Positions 25,129 to 37,382 of a stretch of 64,000 nt of DNA are shown here, piece after piece (within the stretch, counting starts at the first letter, position 1; each line of letters starts with the position of its first letter). The DNA lies in NCBI GenBank assembly GCA_965153285.1, contig OZ229110.1. One strand, 5' to 3'. A program made the translations under genes and the position numbers. The notes under the pieces were generated by a model. That model was not told where the DNA came from. It did no database searches and worked only from the letters and a program-made list of their open reading frames with translations. This DNA is from Podarcis tiliguerta. Its lineage: Eukaryota.

Positions 25129-26513
25129 TATTACTTAGATTCTGTGAAATCATAGCAACCGTGATAGCAACACTATCACTAGACAACCCCAACCAGCTGA
25201 CTAAGGCAGTACTTTGCACAGGGCAACAATGTAGCCGGAGCCCCATGGACCTTGCATTTGCTTAGAAATAGTAATGGAAAGGAAAAGGAAAAGAAGCAAG
25301 AAGTTACAGCAATTCTGTGTAAATATTTTTAGAAACTCCATTATACGCCACCTTGGAATTTTTCATCATAAGGCCATTAAAATATATTTTAAATAAGTAA
25401 AATGAGAACAAGCACCACTCATGAGAAGGCTTCTTTTTTTCTCAAAATGAACTGCCTGGGATAGTTGACTGCTCATTCTCCACATGTGGCTTGGTTACCA
25501 TATTCCTTATGTCTTTCTTCCCTGTTCAGCCTTCCATCTTCTTTTGTCTCCATTGCTAATTGATCCTGTTCTCAAAATCATTTCCTATCATTGCTGCCTG
25601 AGCTGCATTAATTGGAACGGTCAGGTCCTGAGACTGGGATCTTCTTCATGTGACCATATGGCTAGCCACTGAGCTATATTCCCTTCTGGGGAAATCTGAA
25701 AAAACCCTCTCCCCTCCCCATATAGCAGGGGGTAGTGAACTTTTTTGTCCTAGCAGACCAGATCATTACTTGTCCCCACATCCAGAGGCCTACTTTGACA
25801 GGTTGGTGGCATAACCTGCCTCTTGGTCACCTGACGTCATAATGATTTGCGACTGAATTAAGATTTAATGTCTCTGTCATCAACTTCTGTTAACATGTTT
25901 TAGGGAACAGAACAGCAATCTTACCTGCCCCTAAGTCCTACTGAATTCAATGGGACATAAATGGCAATGTGAAGGAATTCAATACGCATTTTAAAAAAAC
26001 ACCTCTCTGAGTGATTAGAAGAGTGAAAAGAGGAAGTGAATCTGGTTATCCACTTTTAAATATTTTGAAATGCTTTTCATCAGTCAAAAGATAAAACAGA
26101 GATGAATAAATCAGGTTCCATTTTAGGAGAGGCTCCCCCTTTCGCAACAAGAATTCAGCAGACCCCTCCTTCATGCTTGCTTGAGGAAGAAATACAACCT
26201 GTCTAGGGTATAAGAATTACAAAAGGACACATGCAGGCTAACAATTTTCAATGAACTGTGTAATTATATACTATGTTTAAATTATATCAATAAAGTTTAT
26301 TGTTATTGTCACTAGTAAAAGATGACAAGCTATATATTTCTACTGTTTATTCTTTTACAACGTCCTAAATCAAGCTACCTTTATGGTAAAATGTTGTATG
26401 CCTTTGAAGGCATGAAGTGGCATCAGCAAAGAGCTGCCTGGATTTGTGTGTTTAAGGAAAAAATATTGATTTTATAAGAACTGAAGAGTTATGAGAGAGT
26501 GACAGATGAAAGT

Positions 26514-27006
26514 TGTGTTCCTAGTCACAGCGCCACCTCCCTTGTGCAGTGGCTATAGCTAAGCTGTAATGAACAACCTCAAGCAGAGAATGATTTGGGT
26601 TAGAAATGGCCACAACTTTAAAGATTCCAGATGTAGGTGGATTTTGGCTAGGCGTTGGGTGTATACCCATTCCATCCTCCAGCCAGAGGGTGGAAACTTT
26701 TGACAGGGTCGTGCCAAGGATTATGGCCTCCCCAAGACTCCAAACTACCGAGGTGGCGTTTATGTGTCACTGTTGGACTAGAGTGCAAGCATCCGAATCA
26801 TGATCCATCAGTGAGGCTCCGCCCACTAGCAGGTCCCTGATTGGCCTGTTCAAATTAGAGATTTTAGTGGGCAATCCCACCCTGCAATGGGGCCAGCCAA
26901 AAAGATTTACAGGGCCAGCCAAACTTGTTCATCCTGGCTACTGGAGATAACGGATGATCTGTGAGGGGCCACAGCCGCCTCCCACCCAGAAAAGGGGTAA
27001 CTATCA
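26514..27006 (-). mobile_element. Probable solo LTR remnant
   Basis: Contains GGCCACAACTTTA (26608) and TTTTGGCTAGGCGTTGG, shared with 11890-12733 and 16512-16916; approximate TG..CA bounds. Confidence 0.45.
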
Positions 27007-28633
27007 TGGTAAACTCTGTGCAAGTGGAATTTTCAAGGTTTGGATGGAATACTAAATTGCATTTCATGAAAAATGGAAGTGAATGTTTCCGCTCTTCTCA
27101 GGGTTGTGCTGGTGGAGGAGATGGAATGGGAGAAACAACTGAACAAAAACTTGTTCATGCTATTCTGTCTGAACAAATCATTTTGTTCTATCCATTACAA
27201 AAGATTTGTCACCCAACAACCTTCTCACTGTAGTAGCTGACACCAGCTTTGCAAAACAGTTGGATGATATTCCAATATAGTATTGAAATGTGTTAACGTC
27301 CCTCAGATAAGCATACTATTTGGAAACAGACCATATACAAAGGCAAGCCCTTGCTTCACACACTCTGTTATTGGAGGGCTAATAAGGGACAGTAATTAGC
27401 CGGAATTACTGTATTATGAGTGGATTTCTATCTCTGAAAATTCATTGTTTGTAGGAGGTGGGTAGGAGGGCAATAAGTTTATTAGTCATTGCTAAAGAGA
27501 TGAATTAACAGCAAACTGCTGATTGGCAAGGTAACTCTTCTTTTCATTTTTAAAAAATCAAAAACCCAGAGAGAGGTTGCCTTAAATCAATAAAGACTTT
27601 GTTGTGTGAGAGGTGGTTCGTTGAATTGAGGATAAGACAGCGAGAACTTGACTGACAAATGAAATTGCAAGATCTTTTAATTAGGAACACAGCTGAGCGA
27701 AAGTCAGAGATTCCTGATGGGTTTTAACTGAGGAACTGAGCCAAGCATACAAAACAGTTACTGGAATAATACAAAAGCTTCTGCAACCTCATGCCTCAGG
27801 CAGTTGTAGCCGTAAGACTAAATGAATGGCCATTAGCTTGAACACATGAGAGCTCTTCTGGATCAGACCAGGGGCCCATTTAGTTCATCATCCTGATTTC
27901 TGTCACTGACTAGCCAGATTGTTCCAGGCAGTCAACAAGTACGGCATGAAGGCAAACAACCTTTCCCGTTGTTCATCTTCCCCCTGCCCACACTTCCCCA
28001 TTGACTACTTTTGATCCTAGATGTTCCATATAGCTATCATTGTCTGTACTAACAGTAATGCTAGTTCTCTGGGTTCTGCTCTGGGTTCTTCTGTGTGCAC
28101 AAGAGTGAAGCATTAGCAGGGGCACCGAGTTGGGTCCCACATTTTTGGGGGGAGGCAGCTGTTGTGTGTGCATGGTGTCACACGTGTGACGCCCCGCCCC
28201 ACCCCTTCAGACCACACCTGCCAGGATGCTCTGGCAGGTCCCACTTGTCAGGGCCAATTGCTGTTTATTTGGGGCACATATGCTCCACAATCCTGCCCAT
28301 CATTTTTCAAAGCCATTTAAGTCACTTGCCATCACCACATCCCATAGTAGCATATTCCACAAATGAACTAAGGATTGTGTGAAGACACTTTTGGGGGGCT
28401 GTCCTAAAGCTACCAGCAATCAATTTCACTGAACGGTGCTTAATTCTAACGTTGAAAGAAACAAAGTCACTGGCTCTTCACCTAACCTACATCATGGAGT
28501 TTTTCAACTTTTTGTGAAAATAAAGTAAGGATGGAGAGAAGCATGATTTCACATGGAGTTCAATTTTATCCTACTACTTCCTTTGGTGAAACTGTACATA
28601 AGCTGTGGCCACTCCTCTAGCAGCATTCCAAGG

Positions 28634-28769
28634 CAGGCATAAGCAAACTCGGCCCTCCAGATGTTTTGGGACTACAACCCCCATCATCCCTAGCTAACAG
28701 GACCAGCGGTCAGGGATGATGGGAGTTGTAGTCCCCAAATATCTGGAGGGCCGGGTTTGCCTATGCCTG
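28634..28769. mobile_element. Palindromic non-autonomous hAT MITE
   Basis: Same family as 8730-8864; perfect 8-bp TSD TTCCAAGG (28626-33, 28770-77). Confidence 0.93.
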
Positions 28770-30793
28770 TTCCAAGGGATAGAAACATGCTTTCAGCCAG
28801 TACCAGTGTGCAGTAAAGGGGGAAGTTTTGCAGGCCTCAGACTTTCCCTAGAAAGGCCTTGTTATAGGTGATTCCTTTATTCAAGTAGCCAGCTAGAAAG
28901 AGCTGACTATAACTATGTTGCATATTTCTTACTTGAGGCAAAGTAGGTCTGGAGCCGTGATGAAAGATAAAAGTGCAATAGAAAAGGCAGATAGATCTAC
29001 ATGATTTCCACTTACTTCCTTATACCATGCTCATAAAAGTTTTAAAACCATTTGTTGTTCAACTGCAAACTTGAAGGGTGCATCTCTTGTTCAGACATGA
29101 ATCTTTTGGTTTTCCTCATATTGGTGTTGCATTTAAGGAAAAACATGCTTTGTTCTTCAGTTTAGGATATACCTGACAAAGATGTGTAGAGTTTACTAAC
29201 CCTTGGGAAAGTTTCACTTCCTTTGTACCTCAGAAGGTCGACACACATTTCACTTCAAATCTGACTTACGCAAAACATTGATGGTAATTCTAAGAAGAAC
29301 ATAAGTGGCCAGGAACAAGTAATGAACACAATACTGTTTAAGGAAGTGCAATATGCCTGGCATGCCTTGCCTTGTTGCCAGTAAAAGGGAATTGCTTCCG
29401 TGATAAATTTAATAAGTGTCATTGAAGCAATTCCCTTTTGCAGCCAGCAAATGTGTATAGACTAGAGAGAGTACACTTGCTGAATGTCACATGTGAATAA
29501 CACATACAGCTCAATGGTTGTATAGGCATGTACACAGACTGTACACCTGTTGAATGTAGCGTACAAACTCCCCTAAAGTCACTCCCATTTTAAAGCAGTT
29601 TTGTATATTGGCCTTTGCCTTACTTGCTGGAATTGCAAGAAAATTATATTTGCCCCAGAGTGTTAAAGTTGTTAATGCCTGCTGACATGAAGGGGAAGCA
29701 AGAGCTGGAGGCCATGTGTAGTATATACACCTGTGAGGTGACAGAATACTTGTATCAGTGAAGAGAGGAATGCAGGAAGCTTGGAAAGGCCAAAACCTAG
29801 GGAGAAAGTTGGTTTCGGGAGTAGCTGAAAGGAGACATGGGCGAGAAAAGAAAGAAGAGAAGAAAGATAATCTGCAAAAGAAAAGGCAAAGCTGAAACAA
29901 AGCAATAGGAATTGAAATACATGTGACAGAAACTGCTGGTTCAGCTAGCAACAGTTAACTGACATAGCTAAGTTATAGACCTCACTGAAACTGTGCTGCA
30001 ATTGCCTCACCCTCCCCGCTTTACAGGGAGAATATAGTACTTGTGACAGGCTAAATAGATAATCTGGCTGGAAGATCTTCAGTTTGGTTTGATTTACTGC
30101 TGCCCTTCTACCCTGGTAGTGGCAGCGCTGCCAATACCACCAATTAGGAGCTGGGAATTCAATTTATAATTAGCACCAAGTGATCGTAGGGCTTCTTTTT
30201 CACCAGCTTGAAAGTTCTTCACCTTTGTCTGTATAATATGAAGGGATGTTTAAGAACTGGTGGATTTAGATGTAAATATTACATTTTAAAGAAATCCCTG
30301 TCACAGGGTTCCTGTTCAGGAATGCAGTTGAGGGGAGATTAAAAGGAATACCATCTTGCTTAGGGGCATTATTGTAAGAGTCCAAAAATGCCCACAGTTC
30401 CTCATGTTGAAGGACTCCAATAAATTTGGAACACACACACACAAACACACAAACACACCAAGGTTAGCAAGGGTTCCCTATTCTAGAACAAATGCAGCTC
30501 CAAAGATCAACCTGCTCTCTTGCTTCCCCCGTGTTTCAGGTTAAGGCTTTATGGGTGGAAAAGGTAAAACTTTGATCTGTGAACTTATTAACTTGCCTCA
30601 GGAAAACTGTGTTAGCTAGAGACTCAAGATCATGAATGTCAGAGTTGGGGGTCTTTCCATTCTGGCCTGCTTCTGGTGGTGTAAATGCATTTACTTTTTC
30701 CACCCTTTAAAAAAAAACTGACCAAGAATGTTGTTGTAGTAATAATATGAAATATTCTCACTTTGATAACATTTTACTATCTTTCTTTTTCAG

Positions 30794-30913
30794 AAATGCA
30801 ACCAAAATGTCAACAAATGCAGTGCCAGTACAAATGTGCTATATCCAGGAACAGAACTGGATGCTACTGTGAGAAAGGATATGAACTTGGCATCAATGGG
30901 AAAACGTGCCAAG
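30794..30913 (+). CDS. LRP1B: LRP1B coding exon (human exon 4 equivalent), EGF-like domain 1
   Basis: Acceptor ctttctttttcag, donor AAG/gtaaat; 120 bp, phase 1-1; (E)MQPKCQQMQCQYKCAISRNRTGCYCEKGYELGINGKTCQ, a six-Cys EGF similar to recalled human LRP1B CQQLNCQYKC..RNSTRCYC. Missed by the ORF track. Confidence 0.93.
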
Positions 30914-31468
30914 GTAAATAACCATTCTGTCATATTATTTTTAAGCCCTCAAGCTCAATGAACTACTTTGGTGGGGTTTCATCTTGATTTCATCTTGATT
31001 TCTTGGAGAAGTTGCATATGATTTTAAATGCATAGTTGTCTGAAGAACCATTGCCTTGAAATAGTAAGATATTTGTGATAGAACAGGATAGCATTTCAGT
31101 CCTGGGCATGGATGAGTGAGAAAATAGCCAATGGTCAAACAGGACATTACTTTTATGCAGGGGTCCTAAAAAAGGTCAAAATGTTGGAATCAGTGCTGTC
31201 ACTCTTCAGATTAGCAAGATCCTTTGTCAAGAAGTGAGAGAAATGGAATGTCATTGCTGCTTAGCCAGGATGATCTGACTTAACAGAGCAGAACGGAGGG
31301 GTGAGATTGGCAGATCATGGGGAAAACAGAACATTGAAACCCTGAAAACATATTAGAGTTCAGTTACAGAATTGATGGAAGTAATCTGAAAGTCATCCTG
31401 CTTTTAACTAGGATGTGAACATTCTTACATCAACTTTCACACATTTACTGGGTAGCCCTCAGATAGTT

Positions 31469-31716
31469 AGAACCAGTGTGGTGCAGTGGTTAAGAGTGGG
31501 AGACTCGTAATCTGGTGAATCAGGTTCGATTCCCCACTCCTCCACATGCAGCTGCTGGGTGACCTTGGGCTAGTCACACTTCTTTGAAGTCTCTCAGCCT
31601 CACTCACCTCACAGAGTATTTGTTGTGGGGCAGGAAGGGAAAGGAGAATGTTAGCCGCTTTGAGACTCCTTTGGGTAGTGATAAAGCGGGATATCAAATC
31701 CAAACTCTTCTTCTTC
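31469..31716 (+). mobile_element. Squam3-type SINE in the short intron 4
   Basis: Same head, core and (CTT)n tail as the 11539 and 41363 copies. Confidence 0.85.
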
Positions 31717-31871
31717 AGACCATCTTTTCAGACAGCTAATGTCCCAGATTCCAGCTGTACCATATGGCTTGAGACTCAAGAAGATACATGAAAGAAAGGA
31801 AGGGGGCTTTGTATGTAAATCTCTCATTCTAACACTTGCTTCTAATCAAACCATTTTGATATTTCCATCAG

Positions 31872-32000
31872 ATGTAAATGAATGCAGTCTGTATGGGGTC
31901 TGCAGCCAAACCTGCGAAAATTCAGATGGCTCATATGCTTGCAGCTGTGTGGAAGGTTATCTTCTCCAGCCAGACAAAAAATCTTGCAAAGTTAAAAGAG
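31872..32000 (+). CDS. LRP1B: LRP1B coding exon (exon 5 equivalent), calcium-binding EGF domain 2
   Basis: Acceptor ttccatcag, donor GAG/gtaagg; 129 bp, phase 1-1; [43 protein letters not shown] with cbEGF consensus. Confidence 0.96.
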
Positions 32001-34111
32001 GTAAGGATAAACAGTTGTCACCTATATAGTTCTCCCCCCCCCAGCTCTTTCATATTTATCTTTATTTTTAGTAGATAAATCTTATTGCCTTAGTAAATGT
32101 GATAGATTATGCCAAAGTATGAATGAAATTTCATTTTACATTTTATATAGTTGGAAAACCAGAACAGAACCCTCAAGGTGTCAGAGTTCAAACCCCTTGC
32201 AGATAGAAAACTAACACATCAGCAGAAAGCTGGATTAAAACCCTTCCCCCAAAGTATTAGATGGTAGTCTTTATATTAGTCAAAAACATTTGAAAAAGTT
32301 TAGCTAATGTGAGTAGACAGCTCCACTCAGTCAAGGTTAATTCAGTCAGTTCTATCCTTCAACTAGATCTCATCTGATTCTCTCCCACATACAGATGAGT
32401 ATTTATAATAATTTAAGTCCACCTTAAATGAAACTATTAGGAAGTAATTATTCCCTTTGGATGTTAGACCTGAGACTCTGCCTTGCTCCTAGCAACATCC
32501 CATGAGCATTGATTTAATGATATTAATACTATGCCTTATTAGATAATTAATGCATATTTTCATTAGCAATAATAAACTAAGCATTTAAGGGAATTAGCAA
32601 GTTTGGTTTAATGAAGTCAAATTGAAGAAGGGATTTCCCTAGTCAATGTGTTGACTCTACAGCCTATTTTCCCCCTGCAATCTGTTCACCATCAGCATGC
32701 ATAATGACACACAAGGCACTCTGCCTTACTGTGAAAAAGAGAAGAAAAAGAAATTGGGATGTAAAAGGAGACCACCCTTCTCCATGGTGCAAATGAAAAA
32801 CAAAATAAATGAAAAATAAAATAAATGAAAAATACTTTTATATACTTTTACAATGGAGTAAGTCCCATTGAATTCACTGTAACTTCTGAGTAGACACGTA
32901 TGGTGTTGCACTGTTTTTTATGGACATACAGATGGGTTAATTGGATGGTCTTCATACTGTTACATAAATTTATTATACTGAAACTAAAATAAACATAGGA
33001 TCATGAAGCTATGAGCAGTATACAGGAGTAAAGGCATTTATAAGCCCAAGAAATAAAACTTGTTTAGATTTCATATTGATCCACAAACCACAGCAATGGA
33101 TTTGAAATATAGTAATATAATACAAACTAAGATTATGCAGCAAAAATCAATTTCAATATTTCTTTTCACTTGTCATTCATCATGAATGTCATTTTAGTGG
33201 GATTTGGCAGGTGTCAGTGCTGATACTGTACTCAAAACTGCCAATTAACTACAGATAAACACTTTTTTTTTTTTACTTTAACCTAGTTTTTTCTGTTACG
33301 AAATAAGTATTTGTCAGTATTTGGGTAGATACCTATGTACATTTACCTGGGACTAAGGTCTACTTGTGATTAACAGATGTTGGATTACAGCATTCATCAG
33401 ATTAGGCCAGCCACAAATTGAAAGTATAGTGATATGCAGCAAACTTCTAAAGTTTGTGAGCCTAGGTAACTTTACATCATCCCTGTTTTGTTTTACTCCC
33501 ATACCATTCGTTTTTGTTTTTATTTCTTTTCTTTTTGGTGCAGCCCATCTATATATTTTGCATTTCCTATGATTCAGTGGTACCAGAGAGGTACCTCCTT
33601 TTGGGTTGCAGATAAATACAACTAAAACAGTAACAACTAGCCCTGCCTGGTTAGTAGTGTACAGTGCCAATGTAGGGCTTTGTTCTGGCCTATACAGTTC
33701 TATGTTTTTTGACAGAAAAACTTTCCTTTGCTCTTCCTTCCCTGTTTCCTTGTAAGCAAGGGACTTTGCTGGAAGGAAAATGCCCATTATATGAAGCTTT
33801 CTTTTTCATTTCATTTTGTTTCGCCTGCCTTAACAGCTGTTCCTGCACTTCATTGCCTCTACATCCCTCCCATAGCTGAGAGAGCTCTCCGATAAGGAAA
33901 TGTAGAGCCTGGAATTATTTATTCCTTTCCCCATCATGGGCCCAGAATCTTGGCAGTATTCTATCAGCCAAAATGACCAGAACTCTGCATCACTCAGCTG
34001 CTTTTTTAAAAATGCATCCAGTGGCACTAAATCGCTGGGGCTTGCTGTTTGATATCCAACAAATGTCTATGTTGGATATTCACATGGACAGGGTCAGTTC
34101 CATTTTTTACT

Positions 34112-34208
34112 TCAGGTGTTGCTGAACTAGTGCTCCCATTATCCCTGACCATTGGCCACACTGGTTGGGGCTGATGGGAGTTGGAGTTCCACAACACTCC
34201 TAGCCCTG
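34112..34208. mobile_element. Decayed palindromic hAT MITE (related copies about 37880-37985 and 44298-44412)
   Basis: Shares CTCCCAT.ATCCCTGACCATTGG...GCTGATGGGAGTTG core with the 8730/28634 family. Confidence 0.55.
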
Positions 34209-35277
34209 CTTTCTGGTATCGGTGTATGTGGTTGCACAAGAGGAGCCTTTTCCAACTCTAAAGAAAGAGTGCAGTACAGTACTTATTCAAATGAAGCACC
34301 ATGTTTTTATTATATTCCCACAGAATTTTCAGTGGCAGCCATTTTATTCTAATTCTTAATCAGTCAATTATCTAAATCAGCAGTGGGCAACCTCTGATAC
34401 TCCGGGCCTATTTAAACATGGCAGCCGATCCTAATTTATTATTAATTTTACCTGTGAGGCTGTTTTTCCCCCAAGCCACGCCCCCTTTGATGCCATTTAT
34501 TATGTCAGGTATGGGGCAGGTAAAGATGTGACTGCAAAGGAACAGTCATGAATCCTAAAATGCACTCCTGGTTGTTTATTGGCTAGTGGGGCTTGTACTT
34601 GGTGCCTTTTAAATTTGGCACGCAATGCAAGCACCAACAGAAGCCCATCTCTGCTGAAAGCAGGGCTTGGAGTTTATGCTGATCAGCAGTAACTTCAAGC
34701 CTCACTGGGATCAGCTACACTTTAGAATTTTCAATCAGGAACTTGGAGGTGGAGCTGACCCTTGCCAAAGTTGAGCCTGATGACATTGCCAGCTAGCCAA
34801 TCGGCTTGTACGAGACCACTGCCCACAATCAATCCACTGGACACATTGCAGAATATTTCTCCCATTTTAAACATGAGGTTATTTCCCCCTACCCTCTAAA
34901 GCAGATTTTATGGGGACGTAAGAGGTCTGCAAAAGGGAATATGTGAAAGTTACCTGTTTGCCTTCAACAAGAGAAACATTCTGAGTGGAGGGTTTCATTC
35001 ATGAGTGTACATTTTTCTATATATAGTGTCTGTTCAGCTTCTGTGCTGCAAATAAATGACTGTGCCAGCAGCGGCAGACCCTGGAGTCTCAAATTTCAGT
35101 GGTGCCCTGTGTGACATCAAAATCTAGTGCCACCCCTCCCACCTTTTGCTTTCCATTGGACTTCATAGTTGTGGTGCCTGCTGTGGCACCCTAGAAGCTC
35201 CACACCCTGGGCAACCAAACTAGTCAAGCTCCCGTAGATCTGCATTTGCTGCCAGTACCTAATGAATGTCAAGCCAG

Positions 35278-35312
35278 TCCATCCTAAACCTCCATCCTAA
35301 ACCTCCATCCTA
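35278..35312. repeat. 13-bp tandem repeat (TCCATCCTAAACC)x2.7
   Basis: Directly visible in the sequence. Confidence 0.85.
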
Positions 35313-37232
35313 TGAGTCCTATTTCTCCCAATTTTACTCTTGAGTGGTATCCCTTGACCAATTAGAATTCATTCAGGATGGTTTCAACCTCTCACGTTGC
35401 TGATGCTGCGTTCTGTTCTGACAGAAGGATGCTTAGCCAACACACCACTTCAAAGACTGAGCAAGAAGAAGCAGAGGAAAAGTTGCTATATTGGAACCAT
35501 GATCTTAGGTTGTTTAGGCTTTGTGCTGTGCTAGCATAAAAGGGCTTCTTTTCTTGCAGTGCAGCACAGAAGAGCTCTCACCTGCCTATAACTTGTCTAC
35601 CCTCTCCCAGCTGCTTCTGCCCCTAAACTTCCCTGTTTCTTCCTTTGCCTTCGCCTTACTCTTTCTCCCCACTTCACTACTTAAATTCTGTCTCTGTATG
35701 TGGCACGTGTGCTCTGCCTTCCTCCAGCTCTGACTGCTGTTAGTTGCCCTGCCCTTCACCTCACTAGTCCTAGTGGACAGTGACCATCATTGGCTTAAAA
35801 AAAAAAATCAGGTTCCAAAATGAGATTTGAAATTAGACGCTGAAATAGCTGCCATAAAGCTGTGATCAGATTTCTTACAATCCTTTTATGTCTACTTTTT
35901 CTTTTAAAAAGCCCCCCAAATATCTAGTTGATAACTAGGCTGCAGGCCTGCTCCTTGATAATAATCCATTTAGCTGACTGGAATCAATCGGACTCATATT
36001 TGCATTACTGAGAGTAGGCCAGAACCCCTAGTTAGTGGGTGGGGGGAAATGAAATAGAGTTTTGCTGAAGATTCAGAACCTTTATTCTTCTTTGCAAGGC
36101 TTTCACAACTATGTTAGTGTCAATGCAAGAAAAAGAATATCAAAAACAGCTACTTAAATTTTTAGCTTCTGGAAAAGCTCATGCAAGGTTATATTTCTCA
36201 TTTACAGCAGATCTATGGGAAAAAATAGACTGTAATGAAAGGAAGAGAGCCTTACTATGATCAAAAGGTGTCTGCTCTGCACAGTCTTTAATGTGTATGT
36301 TTTTCTACTCTTCTAAAAAAGATTCAGAACAAATTGACAATGCTCATGTGAGAAACTCACTAAATTAAATTAAAGTTTTAGGATTTCAAATCTGCACTGC
36401 TCTTTTTTCAGGCATATAATTGTGAAATATATTTCTGCTCTTGTTTTCTTTCAAATATTGTACTTCGTGCATTCTTTTTCCACCAGCCTTTTGTCTCAGT
36501 TCTAGCAAATTTCTGGATCCTATTGAATCATCTCTTATAAAGCTTGTTTTAATATAGCAAGATGATTCAAAGTGGATTGTAATTTTTTCCCAGTGTTTTT
36601 CTGTCTTTCCTTTGTAAAAGATCTTCTATAAGGTAAGCGTATCCTCTAATACTCTGAAGATTTTCTTCAGCAATAGAGTTGTAGCTGATGGTGGCAGCGT
36701 AGCAGGGGGAGACTTTGGTTTCTTATGTGCTGTGACACTGTTTATTGATCTGTGGTTCAAGTAAAAAGCAGATAGGAAGAGAATAGAATACAAGTCTTTC
36801 ATCATCTTAACCACAGTCAAGGAGCAAACTAACTACCTTTTGAGAAAGAGAGATATAATTAAGGACTTTTTTTATATGTGGGTTAGAGGTGTGCCATTTC
36901 ATGTCTCATTAAAACACCAAATACAGCATCATTATTTGAACAGTTTAAAACTCATTTGGCCTAATTATAGTCTCGTTGTCACTAGAATATTGCTTTTCTT
37001 ACAGCCTTTCAAATACAGCAAAGTAGATCCACATATATGTTCAAAACACTGCAAAAATGTTCAGATTGTGTGCTTTTCTTTGTTGTTTATCTCTAGCTGT
37101 TGTGCATCTGAGATCTTGTATACACTTGAGATTTGGAATATAATGTAATGTAGGAAAAATAACAGAATGCTTTTAGAAAGATCAGCGGTCACTAGAGAGA
37201 GAACAGGACCACAGCAAGTCATTTTGAAACAA

Positions 37233-37382
37233 GCCCTGAAGGATAGCTCAGTCGGTAGAGCACCAGACTCTATCTCAGAGTCACTGATTAAAGCCCCACA
37301 TTGAGTGAAAGATTCCCTCATTGCAGGGAGTTGGACTAGGTGTTCTCATAGTCCCTTCCAACTCTACAAATCTGTGATTCTT
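37233..37382 (+). mobile_element. Short tRNA-derived SINE with CR1-type 3' tail
   Basis: Head GATAGCTCAGTCGGTAGAGCACCAGACTCT; tail GGAGTTGGACTAG...GTCCCTTCCAACTCTACAAATCTGTGATTCT (CR1-like ATTCTRTG end). Confidence 0.75.

Noticed and set aside
1-30793. LRP1B exon 3 (LDLa repeat) upstream
   Set aside because: No Cys-rich DCxDGxDE-type exon was found by eye; it probably lies outside the window.
37233-37310. tRNA gene
   Set aside because: Only the 5' half is tRNA-like, the T-arm/B box is decayed, and it is followed by a CR1-type tail, so it is a SINE.
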